From Sminthopsis crassicaudata (Eukaryota), in NCBI RefSeq assembly GCF_048593235.1, contig NC_133617.1, positions 61,031,767-61,095,766 on the forward strand: a stretch of 64,000 bases of DNA, written 5' to 3'. The translations under genes were made by a program, and so were the position numbers. Below the pieces are notes generated by a model that saw only the letters and a list, made by a program, of their open reading frames with translations, searched no databases and was not told the DNA's origin. This document shows, piece by piece, positions 51,101 to 63,669 of this stretch; the first letter of the stretch is position 1; each line of letters opens with the position of its first letter.

Positions 51101-51175
51101 GGCAGGGATGGGACACGATGGGTCAGGGGCAGGGATGGGGAGAGGAGATGGGCTGGACTGGTGGGAGAGCTGATT

Positions 51176-51969
51176 TTTTTTTTATTATTTAGAATTTTTT
51201 TTCACAGTATATATGCATGAGTAATTTTTAAAAATAATATTATCCCTTGTATTCATTTTTCCAAATTGTCCCCTCCCTCCCGCCATTCCCTCCCCCCGAT
51301 GGCAGGTAATCCCATACATTTTACATGTGTTACAATAAAACCTAGATACAATATATGTGTGTAAATACCATTTTCTTGTTGCACATTAAGTATTAGATTC
51401 CGAAGGGATAAGTAACCTGGGTAGATAGACAGTAGTGCTAACAATTTACATTCACTTCCCAGTGTTCCTTCTCTGGGTATAGTTATTTCTGTCCATCATT
51501 GATCAACTGGAAGTGAGTTGGATCTTCTTTATGTTGAAGATATCTACTTCCATCAGAATATATCTTCATACAGCATTGAAGTGTACAGCAATCTTCTGGT
51601 TCTATTCATTTCACTCAGCATCAGTTGATGTAAGTCTCTCCGAGCCTCTCTATATTCCTCCTGCTGGTCATTTCTTATAGAGCAATAATATTCCATAACC
51701 TTCATATACCATAATTTACCCAACCATTCTCCAATTGATGGACATCCATTCATCTTCCAGTTTCTAGCCACTACGAAAAGGGCTGCCACAAACATTTTGG
51801 CACATACAGGTCCCTTTCCCTTCTTTACTATTTCTTTGGGATATAAGCCCAGTAGTAGTACGGCTGGGTCAAAGGGTATGCACAGTTTGATAACTTTTTG
51901 GGCATAGTTCCAAATTGCTCTCCAGAATGGCTGGATTCTTTCACAACTCCACCAACAATGTATCAGTGT
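51176..51969 (-). mobile_element. 5'-truncated LINE-1
   Basis: ORF2 tail (TLIHCWW..GKGPVCAKMFVAALF); perfect 15-bp TSD gtgggagagctgatt at 51161-51175 / 51970-51984. Confidence 0.95.
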
Positions 51970-54354
51970 GTGGGAGAGCTGATTAGAGCCACATGGGGTT
52001 GATGTATCTCTTGCAGAGAGGGAAATAATATCTTGAAGATACATAAGGGAAAACTGGTTCCACTTGCCTCCCTAGAGAATTCAGGGCAATTTCTCTTCAG
52101 ATAAAATTGGAGTCCCTCTCTTGATTGATATATCCAATCAATCCTATTTAAAAGTTTATTCACTCTCACGTATTTTCTAGTATATTGTAATCTTTACAAT
52201 TTCTGTTTGCTATCTCTTTGGACAAATTGAATAAATACTTGATATTCACTGTGATGGTTTTTGTGTAAAGAACATTTGGTGGATATCTGCTGGTATAAGT
52301 TTGGGTTGCACTTCTTATTTAAGGGAATAATGGCCAGGAAAGTGTGTGGTTTTGTTTTTGAATTTTAAAAAATTGTGCCCTTAGATCATCCCAGGATTAT
52401 TTAGGGGAGCAGAAAGATATAATTCTAGTTTAGTTCCCCCTCTTAGAAGAGAACAGGACAGTCAGACTCATGGCTCTTTCTCTTGCTCATTTCCAGATGG
52501 AAATCAAAGTTTTCCTTGGAGATGAGTCAGTAATATTTTAGAGACAACTATTTGTGACTCCTGTGAACCAAATTTAGTACATCCATGTGGACATACATAT
52601 ATGATATGGGCAATATATGCCTTTTACAAAGTTGTGGTTTGATAGTCAGGTTTTCCAAAGAGCTAGAATGAATGAGTTTTTGCATTTCATTTATATCACC
52701 CACTGTTCAATACAGTAGCAAACATTCAATAAGCATTCTTTTTTCTTTTAAGTTGGTCTGACCCTTATAGTCACTAAACCACCTAACTGTTGTGATAACC
52801 TAAGGATTTCTCATGGAAGGGAAATGACAAATAGGATGACTTTTTTCTAATATCTAGCTATAAATCCATGTTTAAGATACAGATTCCTTCCAAATGTTTC
52901 TGTGCATTTCATATGTATCTTACCCTCACATAAACTTATTTTCCTGTCTTTGACCTATTCTGAAGATAGATAACAGTGATTTTTAGGAGACACAATTGAA
53001 GCCTCATGGGCACTTGACTTTTTGTTTTCTCCTACCTGTTGCTTGGGCTCTTGGGTCCCATGCCTGAGGGAGATGAAAACTGTAGAGTTCTCTGTTTGCC
53101 AAAGATTTTAAATTAGAAAGTAAGAACACTCTCCTCAAGAGGCCTGCCGTCAATGTCTTTTGATCAGTCCAACTTTTTAAAGACTTCCCCAGGGTCTGAT
53201 TAAAATTCTGAGGAGCCTTATTAGAAAGAAGAGTGAAAAAATAGTTATCTTTCCTTCATCCCGGTAAGATTTAGTACTTTTTTTAATGCTGATATTGAAA
53301 CTGTGCTTTAAAATTTATGAAGAGCTTTTTCATATATCATCTCCTAAGGTGTATTCCACTGCTTAGTAACACTGGCTTCTTTGCTTTCCTTGCACAATAT
53401 TTCATCTCCTGACTGTATTTTTGCTAGCTGCTCTCCCACCCTATGCCTAGAATGCTTTCCCTTCTCATTTCTACCTCATGACTTCCTTCAAATCTCAGCT
53501 AAAATCCCACTTTCTGCAAGAAGCCTTTCCTTGTTTTCCTTAATATTAGTACTTTCCCTCTGAAATAAATTTCTCTTTTAACATTTATATCTGATTATAC
53601 ATAATTGTTTTCATAGATTAGCTTCTTGAGGGCAGGCACTGTTTTTGCCAGAGATACTTACAAGCTATATGATTGGGCAAGTCACTTAACCTCTGACTGC
53701 CTCAGTTTCCTTTTCTATAAAATGGATATTGGAGAAAATGACAAACTACTTTATAGCTTTACCAAGAAAACCCTATGAACAGTATGGCCTATGGAGCACA
53801 AAGAGTCAGACACAACAGGAGTGAATAACAACATTAACAATAAAATGAAGATAATAATAGTATCTATCTGATAGGGTTGTTGTAAAAATGAGACTATATT
53901 TATAATATGTTTTACAAACCTTGAAGATCAATATAAAGACTAATGGATTAGTGAAAGTAGTAAAAAAAATACAAAAAGTCATAGGCATCACTGTGATAGT
54001 AATAGCGGTGGTGATTATAGCAGTAGAACAAGAGGAATCCTTGGTGCTTAGTTCAGTGTCTAAAACATAGTAGGCACTTAGTAAATGCTTATAGACCAAT
54101 TGAACAACTGTGAAATCTCACAGCAACTTTGTGTTTCTCTTACTACTTTAGAGATAAGGAAACCCCTCACACATCCCAATGTGTGTCCTTTGCCTCACTA
54201 AGACCCCTTGGCCAGGGCATCGTGTTCATTCTGGGTTTCTCATTTCTCAAGGTTATCTCATTGATAACCTTGGACACATCTAGAGAAGGATGACTAGAAG
54301 GGTGAAAGGAAATGACTTGGGGAAAGAGGGTGAGGGAGAAATGATATGATTTTT

Positions 54355-54603
54355 TTGTTGTTCAGTCATTTTTAGTCATGTCTGGCTCTTCATGACCCTA
54401 TTTTCTTGGCAAAGTTTTTCTTGGGATTTTCTTGACAAAGATATTAAGAGTGGTTTGCCATTTCCTTCTTCAGGAAAATTGATAAAGAAAATGAAGTGAC
54501 TTGCGGAGGATCACAGGATTAGTATCTGAGGTTGTATTTATACTCAGGAAGATAAGCCTTCCTGACTCCAGGCTCAGAGCTCTATCTTACCATCTAGCTG
54601 CCC
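54355..54603 (-). mobile_element. MIR/MAR1-type SINE
   Basis: ttgttgttcagtc..gtgacttgc..ctagctgcccc. Confidence 0.75.
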
Positions 54604-57284
54604 CAACTATATATCTGTCTTCAGATATTTGAAAGGTTGACAGTGAGGTGATAGCAGTGAATAGAATACCCATCCTCCTGATTTCACCTAATCCTCCAGT
54701 GCTCTGGGACTGATTTACTTAAAGCTTATATTTTGCCTCATGAATAGTCTCCCAAAAAAGAGTAAAAAGTTACTCTATGTACAATATGAATCAGGCATGG
54801 GACAAATATTTATAGCCTACATACAAAAGAAACACTAAATGCAAAACATTCAAAAAAATGGCAGTAATCACTTATATATACTCTCTCAGTAGGCTGATAC
54901 TGAATCCAAACATCTAAACATAAGGTGTGTTGTGGACCTATTAAGTAGGCATTTTAAATTTCACCTCTGCTCTGCACTGTCCCTCTCACAAGAGGGTCTT
55001 CTAACAAGCTTGGCTCATCCTTTTGCTGCTTGTCTTCTCCATTTGGAGTAGTGGGTGGGACTCTAACTCCTTCCTTGACCAAAGGATCTAAGATCACCAA
55101 AGAACTTTCCAAACTCACAACCTCCCAAATTCAGACAAGTATTGTTTAAGTGATTACTGTATGCCAGGCACTGTGCATACCCTGGGAAATCCAATATAAG
55201 CAAAAAAGACAATGCCCCCAAGGAACTTTCATTCTAATGGATAAGATAACACAGAAAGCTGAAAAGGAAGGAGGTGAGAGAAAGATGCTTGGCTTGGGGC
55301 AGGATGGAGAAAAACAGAAGACTGGATAGCCTATTGGGAAATGACGAGCTGACTATCTTGGCAGTCCAGAAGAGCTGGACTATCCCTTCTTAAACAGACA
55401 TTGTAGGACCAACTCTCCACCCTGCACTCAGAGGGATAGGCTGTAGGATCAAAGGATAGTTCAGAGTTGTGAATTCCAGGATTGAAGTGACCTTTTAGGG
55501 AAAAGAACTTTCTTCTGAAAGTGAATTGAACACACCCATCTCTAGATTAATATTTATTTATCTGATCCAAGGTCAGAAAAATACAAACCCAGAGGAGGCT
55601 ATCCAAGACCTATAATTGGGTTTGTCTAGGAAAGATTCACTGCTGTATGCTCACAGCACTAGGGCTGGAATCACTCTTTTTAAAGATCCATTGAGTCATT
55701 GGTTCTTCCTGCTCACTGGTTAATGGGGCAGGATGCTTCAACGTCTCAAAGTTATATATGTCTGGAAGAACTGGGTTTCATTATAGCCAAAACACTGAAG
55801 TGATGAGCTAGCACCTAGGATTGGCCAGAACCAGGAAGGGCAACTTTCTGCATACACATTCAGTCCTGGGGAGCTAGGTAGTACCATGAATAGAATACTA
55901 GGCTTGGATGGGGAAGATTTGAATTCAAATCCTATTTCAGACATTTACCAGCTATGTGAATTTGGCAAGTCACAACTTTTCTCAGAATCAGTTTTGTCAT
56001 CTGTAAAATGGAGCTAAATTGAGTCAACAAACATTTATTAAGTACCTACTATGTGTCAGTGCCATACTAATAACACCTACCTCACTGAGTTGTTGGTGAG
56101 GATCAAATGGGATAAAGTGTAAAGTGTCAGCTACCATTATTATGTTCATTATGTGTCTATTGTGTATATATTTCTCAAGTTCTTAGAAGTTCATTAGAAT
56201 GTAAGCTCCTTGAAGGCCAGAACTATTTTACTTTAGTCTTTGTATGCCTACTTAGCATAGTAGGGTAGAACTGATAGGATAAGCATGGGATTTGCTTGCT
56301 GTCTGAAGAATGAAATAAAAAAGTATTTATTCAAAGCTTACTGTGGGACAGAAACTGTGCTAAGCACTAAGGTTACCAATAAAAAAAGTGATACAGTCCT
56401 TTCCTCAATGTTCTTGTCTTCTGTTTGGGACATCTAATCCCTATATGAGGATTCAACTGCAGAGATAAAGTATGGAAGGGGCTTAATGATCCAGATGAGA
56501 CATATCTACTTGATCCTTCTTATTTCATAGGAGCAGTGTATTAATTACCAAGACATTCTGTGGTTACCTGTAAAATAAGGGGATTGGATTATATAAGGTC
56601 GAGATATAGGAGAAAATCAGACTATTTGAGGACGTAGGATTTATAAGGGGGATAGTGAAGCAGATTGGGAAAGGGCGAGGCCTAGAAGATACTGCAAGGA
56701 GAGTATGGTGTTATAAAGGAGGTAGTCCCAGTTCTTCCCTTTGAATTCAGTTCAATTCATTTCAACCAATACTTAATAAGTGATATTTATGTGCAGAACA
56801 TTGTGCTCAGATTGAGGTAAATAGGTGAGACATGATCCTTGATCTCATGGACCTAAAAGTCTCTTAGGGAAATAAAATACTAATATAGTTATTATGTGGT
56901 ACCATGTATTTTAAAATGTACTAATAAGTAACAAAACTACATGCTATATGAGGCCTGAGGAGAAGGTCTTTCCCAAGTAGTGGGAAGTAAAATCTGATTT
57001 ATGGTACACAATTGATCCAAATACATCAGCAATTGATATTTTAGAACAAAGATTCCTGAGAATTGGGGGAAGGTGTCTTAGATTGTTTTTGGAAAAAGAA
57101 TCTGGAAGGAGACAGAGGAGGGGGTAGTATTAGATGGGCATAGGAACATGCTCCATTATAGGAAGGTTTGTCCTGGTTCTTGTATGTCGCCGATTACTAC
57201 TACCAAGGACAGTCAGGTCAAGTCAACAAGGATTTAGTAAGTATCCAATATGGGCCAGGCATGCTGTAGCTGTGTGTGGTAGCC

Positions 57285-57662
57285 TGTTAGGTTCTTACTA
57301 AATGCTAATGAGATAATGAGATATTAGGTTCTTACTAAGTGCTAAGTCAGTACTTAACAATTCTCTAGTTCTGGCTTTTAATGGGAGTTTTACTTCTGTG
57401 AACTCCTGGGGAGGAGCTTACATGCTTAGGAGGAGCAAGTTCATTGGTTGAAGTCATTTTTCCCAGAAGCCCTTGCATTATCCCACGCCCATTCTCTGAG
57501 AGGATAAAAGAGGGCGGCACTCAAGAGATGGAGAGTCTTGTCTGGGCCAGACCTAAGGCAGCTCTCTGGAGGAAGAAGAGTCTCTACATGAGGTCAGAGT
57601 TGGTGGCAGTTGAAATAGCACATCTCCTCCCAGAGATAAGCAGTTTCTGGAGGCACATTACA
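57285..57662 (+). mobile_element. Solo ERV LTR (378 bp, 6-bp TSD, ERV2-like)
   Basis: tgttagg..cattaca; perfect TSD gtagcc at 57279-57284 / 57663-57668; internal repeat taggttcttactaa. Confidence 0.88.
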
Positions 57663-57779
57663 GTAGCCCAGAAAATCAGGCACTGGAGTGCTGAAAAGAC
57701 CTCACTTAGTGAGTCCTTCAATGATAACATCGAAGCTCTGAGGAAGCTTCTGTGTTAACCACCCCTTCTCCTATAGCTA

Positions 57780-58880
57780 AACACAAAAAACTGTTTGCTG
57801 CCCTTGAAGTCAAAGGTATTCAGCACCTACTGCTTGTTATTTCCTATAGCACAAAAGCATTCCATCAAGATAATATCTCACAACTTCTTCTGCCATTCTC
57901 TATTTGAGGGTATCCCTTCAATTTTCAATTCTTTTCTACCACAAAATCCCACATATAAATCCTTTTCCTTTGATCTCTTTGGGATACGAATACAATACCT
58001 TTATTAATGGCATTGCTGGGTCAAAGGATATACCGGGTTTTATAGCCCTCTGGGTATAGTTCTAAATTGCTTTCCAGAATGTAGATCAGTTCATAAATCT
58101 ATCAACAATGCATAATGTCCCAATATTTTCACCTTCTCTCCAATATTTATCAATTTTTATTCGATATTATCCAATCAATAGATGTGAAGTGCTTTCTCAA
58201 ATTGCTTTAATTTGCAATTCTCTAATCAAGTTTTAGAGTATTCTTATTAGAGATCGTTTAGATTTCTTCTGAAAACTGGTTATTCCTATCTGTTGCTGAT
58301 GGTGGTGATGTTCAGTCATGTCTAAATCTGACCCTTTGTGACCTCATTTTAAGTTTTCTTCCAAAGATAGTGAAGTGGTTTGCCATTTCCTTCTCCAGCT
58401 TATCTTACAGATGAGGAAACTGAGGCAAACTGGGTTGTGATTTATCCAAAGTCATGTCTTGAGATCAGATTTGAATTCAGAAAGATGAATCTTCTTGACT
58501 TTAGGCCGACACTCAATCCACAGTGTCATCCAGCTGCTTTCATATTCTTTGACTTAGGAGTGAACAGGATTTCAATTGGGGAATGAGTCCTTTTATAAAT
58601 TTGACTCAGGTCTCTATAGAAATCTATAGATGTGAGAAATGAAATTTTTATAAGAGAAGCTTGCTTTAAAATTCCAACGCCACCCCTCCCCCCAATTTCT
58701 TGCTTTCCTTCCGATTTTGTTTTTGTTTGGGCAAAACCTTTTAAATGTAATGTGATCAGATATCCTTTTTGCATTTCATAATGTTCTCCCTTATTTGGTC
58801 TTAAATTCTTTTATTCGCATATCTGACAGGGGAAATTTACCATGTTCCCCTCATTTGCTCATATCACCCTTTTAGGACAT
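57780..58880 (-). mobile_element. Old LINE-1 ORF2 fragment interrupted by a SINE (~58290-58535)
   Basis: gctgggtcaaagg..ttgctttccagaat; ttgctttaatttgcaattctctaat; SINE core in the middle. Confidence 0.65.
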
Positions 58881-59279
58881 CTAGTTCTCATTTAAAGACC
58901 ATTAGATTCTCCATAACTCAAGAAAAGAGAGGATAGGGCTGGGAATTGAACGGAGAATCTTCCTCATACACAACTGAACGTGGGCCCAGGAAGAACGTTG
59001 GCAGGAAGAACAGGCTCTCAATTGTGATCCACTCTAATTCTAAATAATCCCAATGGCATTCAGATGATAGAACTTTAAAGCTCTTAAAAAGCCCTTTACA
59101 AGTACTTTCTCATTTGGTCCTCCGGGGCTGTTGTTATCCCTCCTATTTTAACAAAGGGGAAATAAAGGCAGGTATAGGTGAAGTCTCTTGTCCAGAGAGT
59201 CAGAGGCTGGATCTGAATGCCCACCTTGACTTCCGGTCCAGGGCTCTCTTCCTTGCATTACGTAGCTGCTCCAAGCCAA

Positions 59280-60480
59280 AGTGAAGGCGCGGGGTGGGGG
59301 TGGGGGGATAAGGGCCTTGGAGGGTGGGGACCGTGGGGGTGTCCAGAGTTGACAGCCTGATGGGGCGGGGCCCCCGAAAAAGGAGGGTCGGGGGAGGTCA
59401 GTGAGAGCACCTATAAAGCCCACGGAGGCCCGCCGAGAAGCACAGCGCGGCGTGACGGGGCGTGGCCAGGAGTATTTGCCAGGGAGGGGTGTTTCCGTAG
59501 GCCGTGGGGGGGAGGGCAATGATGAGGCGGGGCCTGTGAGAAGGGGGAGGGTTATGAGATTCCCTTCCCATCCCCCATCCCCCTTGTTCAGAAGTTGGAG
59601 CGACGATGCGGGCAAGGCCTAGGAAAAGGCTGGGGTTATGGGGACAGGGCCTGTGAGAGGCAAAAGCTGGCAGTTTCTGAGCAACTGATTTCCTTTCTTT
59701 TCCTCCCCCAGCTTCCCAAGGCGGGAACCCGCTCTAAGGACCCGGATGATCAGTGTTCAGAGGGCAGAAGACTTCGGAATTCAGGGCTTTCCGCTTGACT
59801 GGGAGGTGCCGGTCTCGTGACTATGTGGGCGGGGAAAATCACAAGGACAAATCACAGAACGACCTCCATTCGCTCAGGAAACGGAGGAGGAGAAAGGGGG
59901 GGAAAGGGAGGGACTGGGGAGCCACCAATCCCCGGGGGCGAGGGGCGTGCCTCAGGTCTCTGGGTGGAGAGGAGACGTGCCCACGCAGGGTGGGGCGGGG
60001 CTTGCCCAGAGCTCTCGAAGCCCCGCCCACTGGGTGGGCCGGAACGTTGACGGGGCGTGGTGCAGCCGATTGGGCCGGTTGGGGAGCCGAGCCCGAACGG
60101 GGGCTCGTCTGATTGCCCGGGGCAGGTGACCGCCTGTGTGGCTAGGACATGGAGGCTGTCTGGGCCTTGGTTCCCTGCTGCGTCCTCTGGGCCTGCGGGG
60201 CCCTGGGGATCGTCCTGGTCGGAGTCGCGCATCGCCTGGGCCTCTTCTACCAGCTCCTGCACCAGGTGCCCGGGAGGGAGGGAAGAGGCGCTGCCCCCGG
60301 GCCGGGATCAGGGCGGCTCGAGCCTAGCTAAATCTCGAGCCCTGCGCCCGGAGCTCCGTGGTATTCGGGGTGTTGTGGGCACGCGTGTAACACACACAGA
60401 TCACAAAGGCCCTACGGTGCCACCTTAGAGAGGGACAAGGTCGCTTTGCAGGACATGGGCACCCGGCGGGCCTCCAGTGG
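59280..60480. promoter_or_regulatory. ILVBL: CpG island / ILVBL promoter
   Basis: Sharp rise in GC and CpG; GC boxes (59992, 60021), ETS-like ccggaa (~60039), inverted CCAAT (60069-60073) upstream of ATG 60149. Confidence 0.85.
60149..60265 (+). CDS. ILVBL: ILVBL (HACL2, ThDP-dependent 2-hydroxyacyl-CoA lyase 2), first coding exon (N-terminal membrane anchor)
   Basis: MEAVWALVPCCVLWACGALGIVLVGVAHRLGLFYQLLHQ matches mammalian ..AHRLGLFYQLLHK; GT donor at 60266, phase 0. Confidence 0.93.
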
Positions 60481-61276
60481 AGGGAGCATTTAAAGCCCTT
60501 CCTCCCGCTTCCTTCCTCCTCTGCCTCCCTCCTCACTCTCCGGTGCCCTCTCTCCGTATCTCTCCATCTTTGCTTCCTGTTCCCCGTCTTCTTGCTTGGG
60601 CTCTTCCTTAAGCTGCCCAAATGTACTTTGCCCGGGAAGGGGTGGGGTGGGGTTGGCCTCGGAGGGAAGCGCTCCGGCCGTGCTGGGCCTGGGCATGGGA
60701 GGCCTGTGGCTCTCCTAATCTCCGAAAGTGGTGTCTAAGCACCCAAGCTTCCCGCCGTTCCCTAGCAGCCTCCGACTTCTCGTGTTCTGAGATGATCGCG
60801 GTCCTGTCAGTTTCAAGGATCCCAAACTGTGACACTTTACACAGTTCCCTCTTGTAGTAGGGAGAGTGGCGATGAGACCCGAGCCGAATTGGGCCCCCAC
60901 GGAGGGAACTGACGAGCTTGAGAGAGTCTCCTCTGACGCAGCCTTCCAGCAGGAGACCCGGCCGCGCCAAGGCACTTACGTAGGGAAGGAGGGGTTAGGG
61001 AGACTGTGGACCCGCTATGGAAGCCTCTGCACTTTCCCTTTGGGACCAGAACCAAGGGCAGCTCCTAAGCTCAGAGCCCCTTTTGCTCAGTGGTAAATTG
61101 ATCTTTGTGGAAGAATTGCCACCTTCATGCTTGGCTCTTGTACCGAGATCTCCAGTATTTCGGGTGAATGAGCCCACCTGCAGACCGTGTGCCACATGAA
61201 TCATTCCCACGCCCTGCTGCCCCCCACCCTGCTTAGGTCCTTCCTGTCCCCTTACTCCTTACCTCTCACGTTCCAG

Positions 61277-61478
61277 GTGGACAAATCCAGTTCCCGGCAT
61301 GGTGGGGAGAGTGTGGCGGCGGTGTTGCGAGCCCACGGCGTGCGATTCATATTTACATTAGTGGGTGGACACATTTCTCCCCTGCTGGTGGCAGCTGAGA
61401 AGCTGGGCATCCGAGTGGTGGACACCCGGCAGGAGGCCACGGCAGTCTTTGCTGCTGATGCTGTGGCCCGGCTCTCAG
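61277..61478 (+). CDS. ILVBL: ILVBL coding exon 2
   Basis: AG/GT; [57 protein letters not shown]; ends in phase 1. Confidence 0.97.
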
Positions 61479-61702
61479 GTGCGGCCTTGATTCCTCAAGG
61501 GGAGGATGAAGGAGCATGGGTTACTATGGTTACTGAGGAGGACCCTGGGGAGGGAGGGGTTACCTCTCTAAGAGTTCTGCAATGGTGGGTATTGAGAGGG
61601 TGATTGGAGATGGCCCTGTGCTGCTTATGTCCATTAGAACCTCAGTGAACACTGGCTGACTGTGTGAATGCTGACTGCTGATAGGGGATTTGTCTGTGGC
61701 AG

Positions 61703-61830
61703 GGACTGTGGGTGTCGCTGCAGTGACAGCTGGGCCTGGCCTTACCAACACAGTGACTGCTGTGAAGAATGCCCAGATGGCCCAGTCACCTGTGCTGCTT
61801 TTGGGAGGGGCCGCTAGTTCACTGCTGAAG
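61703..61830 (+). CDS. ILVBL: ILVBL coding exon 3
   Basis: [43 protein letters not shown]; AG/GT; frame compatible. Confidence 0.97.
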
Positions 61831-61973
61831 GTGAGGTGGGGCTGGCCTTCAAGGGTGGGTGTAACTGGGAGAAACAAAGCCTAGCCCCTTCTAGGCTGGG
61901 TGGGCAGAGCTGGAGGTAGCAGGAGCAGAGGGGGTTAAGTGGGACCTATAGTGGCAATTTTTCCTTGTGTCAG

Positions 61974-62112
61974 GGCCGGGGGCCACTTCAGGGCATCGAC
62001 CAGATGTCTCTGTTCCGACCACTCTGCAAGTTCTGTGCCTCTGTGCGTCGGGTCCATGACATCATCCCCACTCTTCGGGCTGCGCTTGCTGCTGCCCAGT
62101 CTGGTACCCCAG
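61974..62112 (+). CDS. ILVBL: ILVBL coding exon 4
   Basis: GRGPLQGIDQMSLFRPLCKFCASVRRVHDIIPTLRAALAAAQSGTP; AG/GT. Confidence 0.97.
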
Positions 62113-62246
62113 GTAGGCAGGGTGTGAGATCGGGGAGGAGGGACAATGAAAGGGATTGTGCTGGGGGTGGGGTGTGACTGAGGGGGAGAATGGGGTCTTG
62201 GGGAGGATGGAGCAGGTGAGGTAGCCTCCTGTGCCCGCATTCCCAG

Positions 62247-62358
62247 GCCCTGTATTTGTGGAGCTCCCCATCGATGTGCTCTACCCTTACTTCTTGGTGG
62301 AGAGGGAGGTGATGCCCTCCAAAGCCCCCCAGAGCCTCATGGGAAAGCTCGTCTCCTG
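62247..62358 (+). CDS. ILVBL: ILVBL coding exon 5 (gene continues beyond the window)
   Basis: GPVFVELPIDVLYPYFLVEREVMPSKAPQSLMGKLVSW; AG/GT; ends in phase 2. Confidence 0.96.
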
Positions 62359-63669
62359 GTGAGCACTCCCCTGCTTCTCCCTCCTCCTCTTGCTTCTTCC
62401 TTTGCCCACCTTGTCCTTTTCCCCAGCCTTCATTCAGTCTATCAGCAGGCATTTATAAAGCCAGCTTTCCCTGGCCTATAGGAGAGATAAGAGGAGGAGA
62501 CTTGAAGACTTGGTGCTTGTCCTCCCTGAACTAGTTCATTGTTTCATGGGGGATCTGGGATTCACATTGATGACACAATCAGGGAGCTAATTTATATGTT
62601 TCAGGGTGTATGGGCTTTGCCAGAAGCATCAAAATGGCCTTGAGCAGTTAGGGAAAGCCTTGTGGAGGAGGTAGCATGTGGGTAAAGCAAATCAATTTAA
62701 CAGACATTTATTAAGCGTTTAATATGAGTAAGGTGGTTGGGCTGTCCTGAGATAAAAGTACCAAGTGACTCGACTGGGCTGTGTGGATAGAGGTGGAGAT
62801 GAGGAGGGCTGTACCATATGCCCTAGCAGAACTGCATGTACAAAGCAGAGGGATATCTTTTGCATATAAGAGGGTATGTGAGGGGAGATTAGGTTAGAGT
62901 TAAAGGTAGGACCAACAGATGAAGCTTGAAAACCAGATAGGACTATGGTTCACTAGGATAAAGCAAGGAATGGGAGCTGTTGTAAGTTCTTGAACTGGGT
63001 ACAGAGTGCATTGAAAAGGAGAGACTAAGGCAGAAGTCTTTAACCTTTTTTGATCTTGTAAAGGTACCTGGGGGGCACTGTAGCACACAGAGCACATGGC
63101 TGGAGTCAGGAAGACCTAACTTTACATCCAGCTTCACATATTTTCTACATCTTTGATCCTGGGCAAATTTAATTACCATTTCCTCATCTGAAAAATGGGG
63201 ATAATAATAGCACGTACCTTCTAAGGTGTTGTAAGGCTAAAATGAGACATTTGTAAAGTGCTTTGTAAACCTTAAAGAGATAGATCTATCCATTTATCTA
63301 TTCAACTATTTATTTACTCAGCTTTTTTTAAAAAAAATTTTTGTTTGTGTTATGATTTTCTGGTAAAACCTATAGATCCTTCTCAGAATGGTGTTTTTAA
63401 ATATATAAAATAAAGTACATAGAATTCCAAAAGAAACTAATTATATCAAAATATAGTTATAATACACTGACAGAGACACATCTCAACAAATAAGTTCACA
63501 GATCCCAGATTAGGAACTCTTGGAGGGAAACTAGGTAGGAGGTTCTCCAAGTAATTCAGGTATAAGGTAGTGAGGACCTGGACCATGGTAGCATCAGGAA
63601 TATTAAAGGAGAAAAATGAGAGACAAGAAAGAAGCACTGCTATACTTTGGGGTTAGAATAGATCCAGGA

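Noticed and set aside
51553-52044. 163-aa ORF (similar ones at 16097-16447, 10872-11207, 63674-63865)
   Set aside because: LINE-1 ORF2 C-terminal remnants; the N-terminus is chance read-in from flanking DNA.
59148-61210. Many overlapping ORFs in the CpG island and ILVBL intron 1
   Set aside because: Expected from stop-codon scarcity in GC-rich DNA; only 60149-60265 matches ILVBL.
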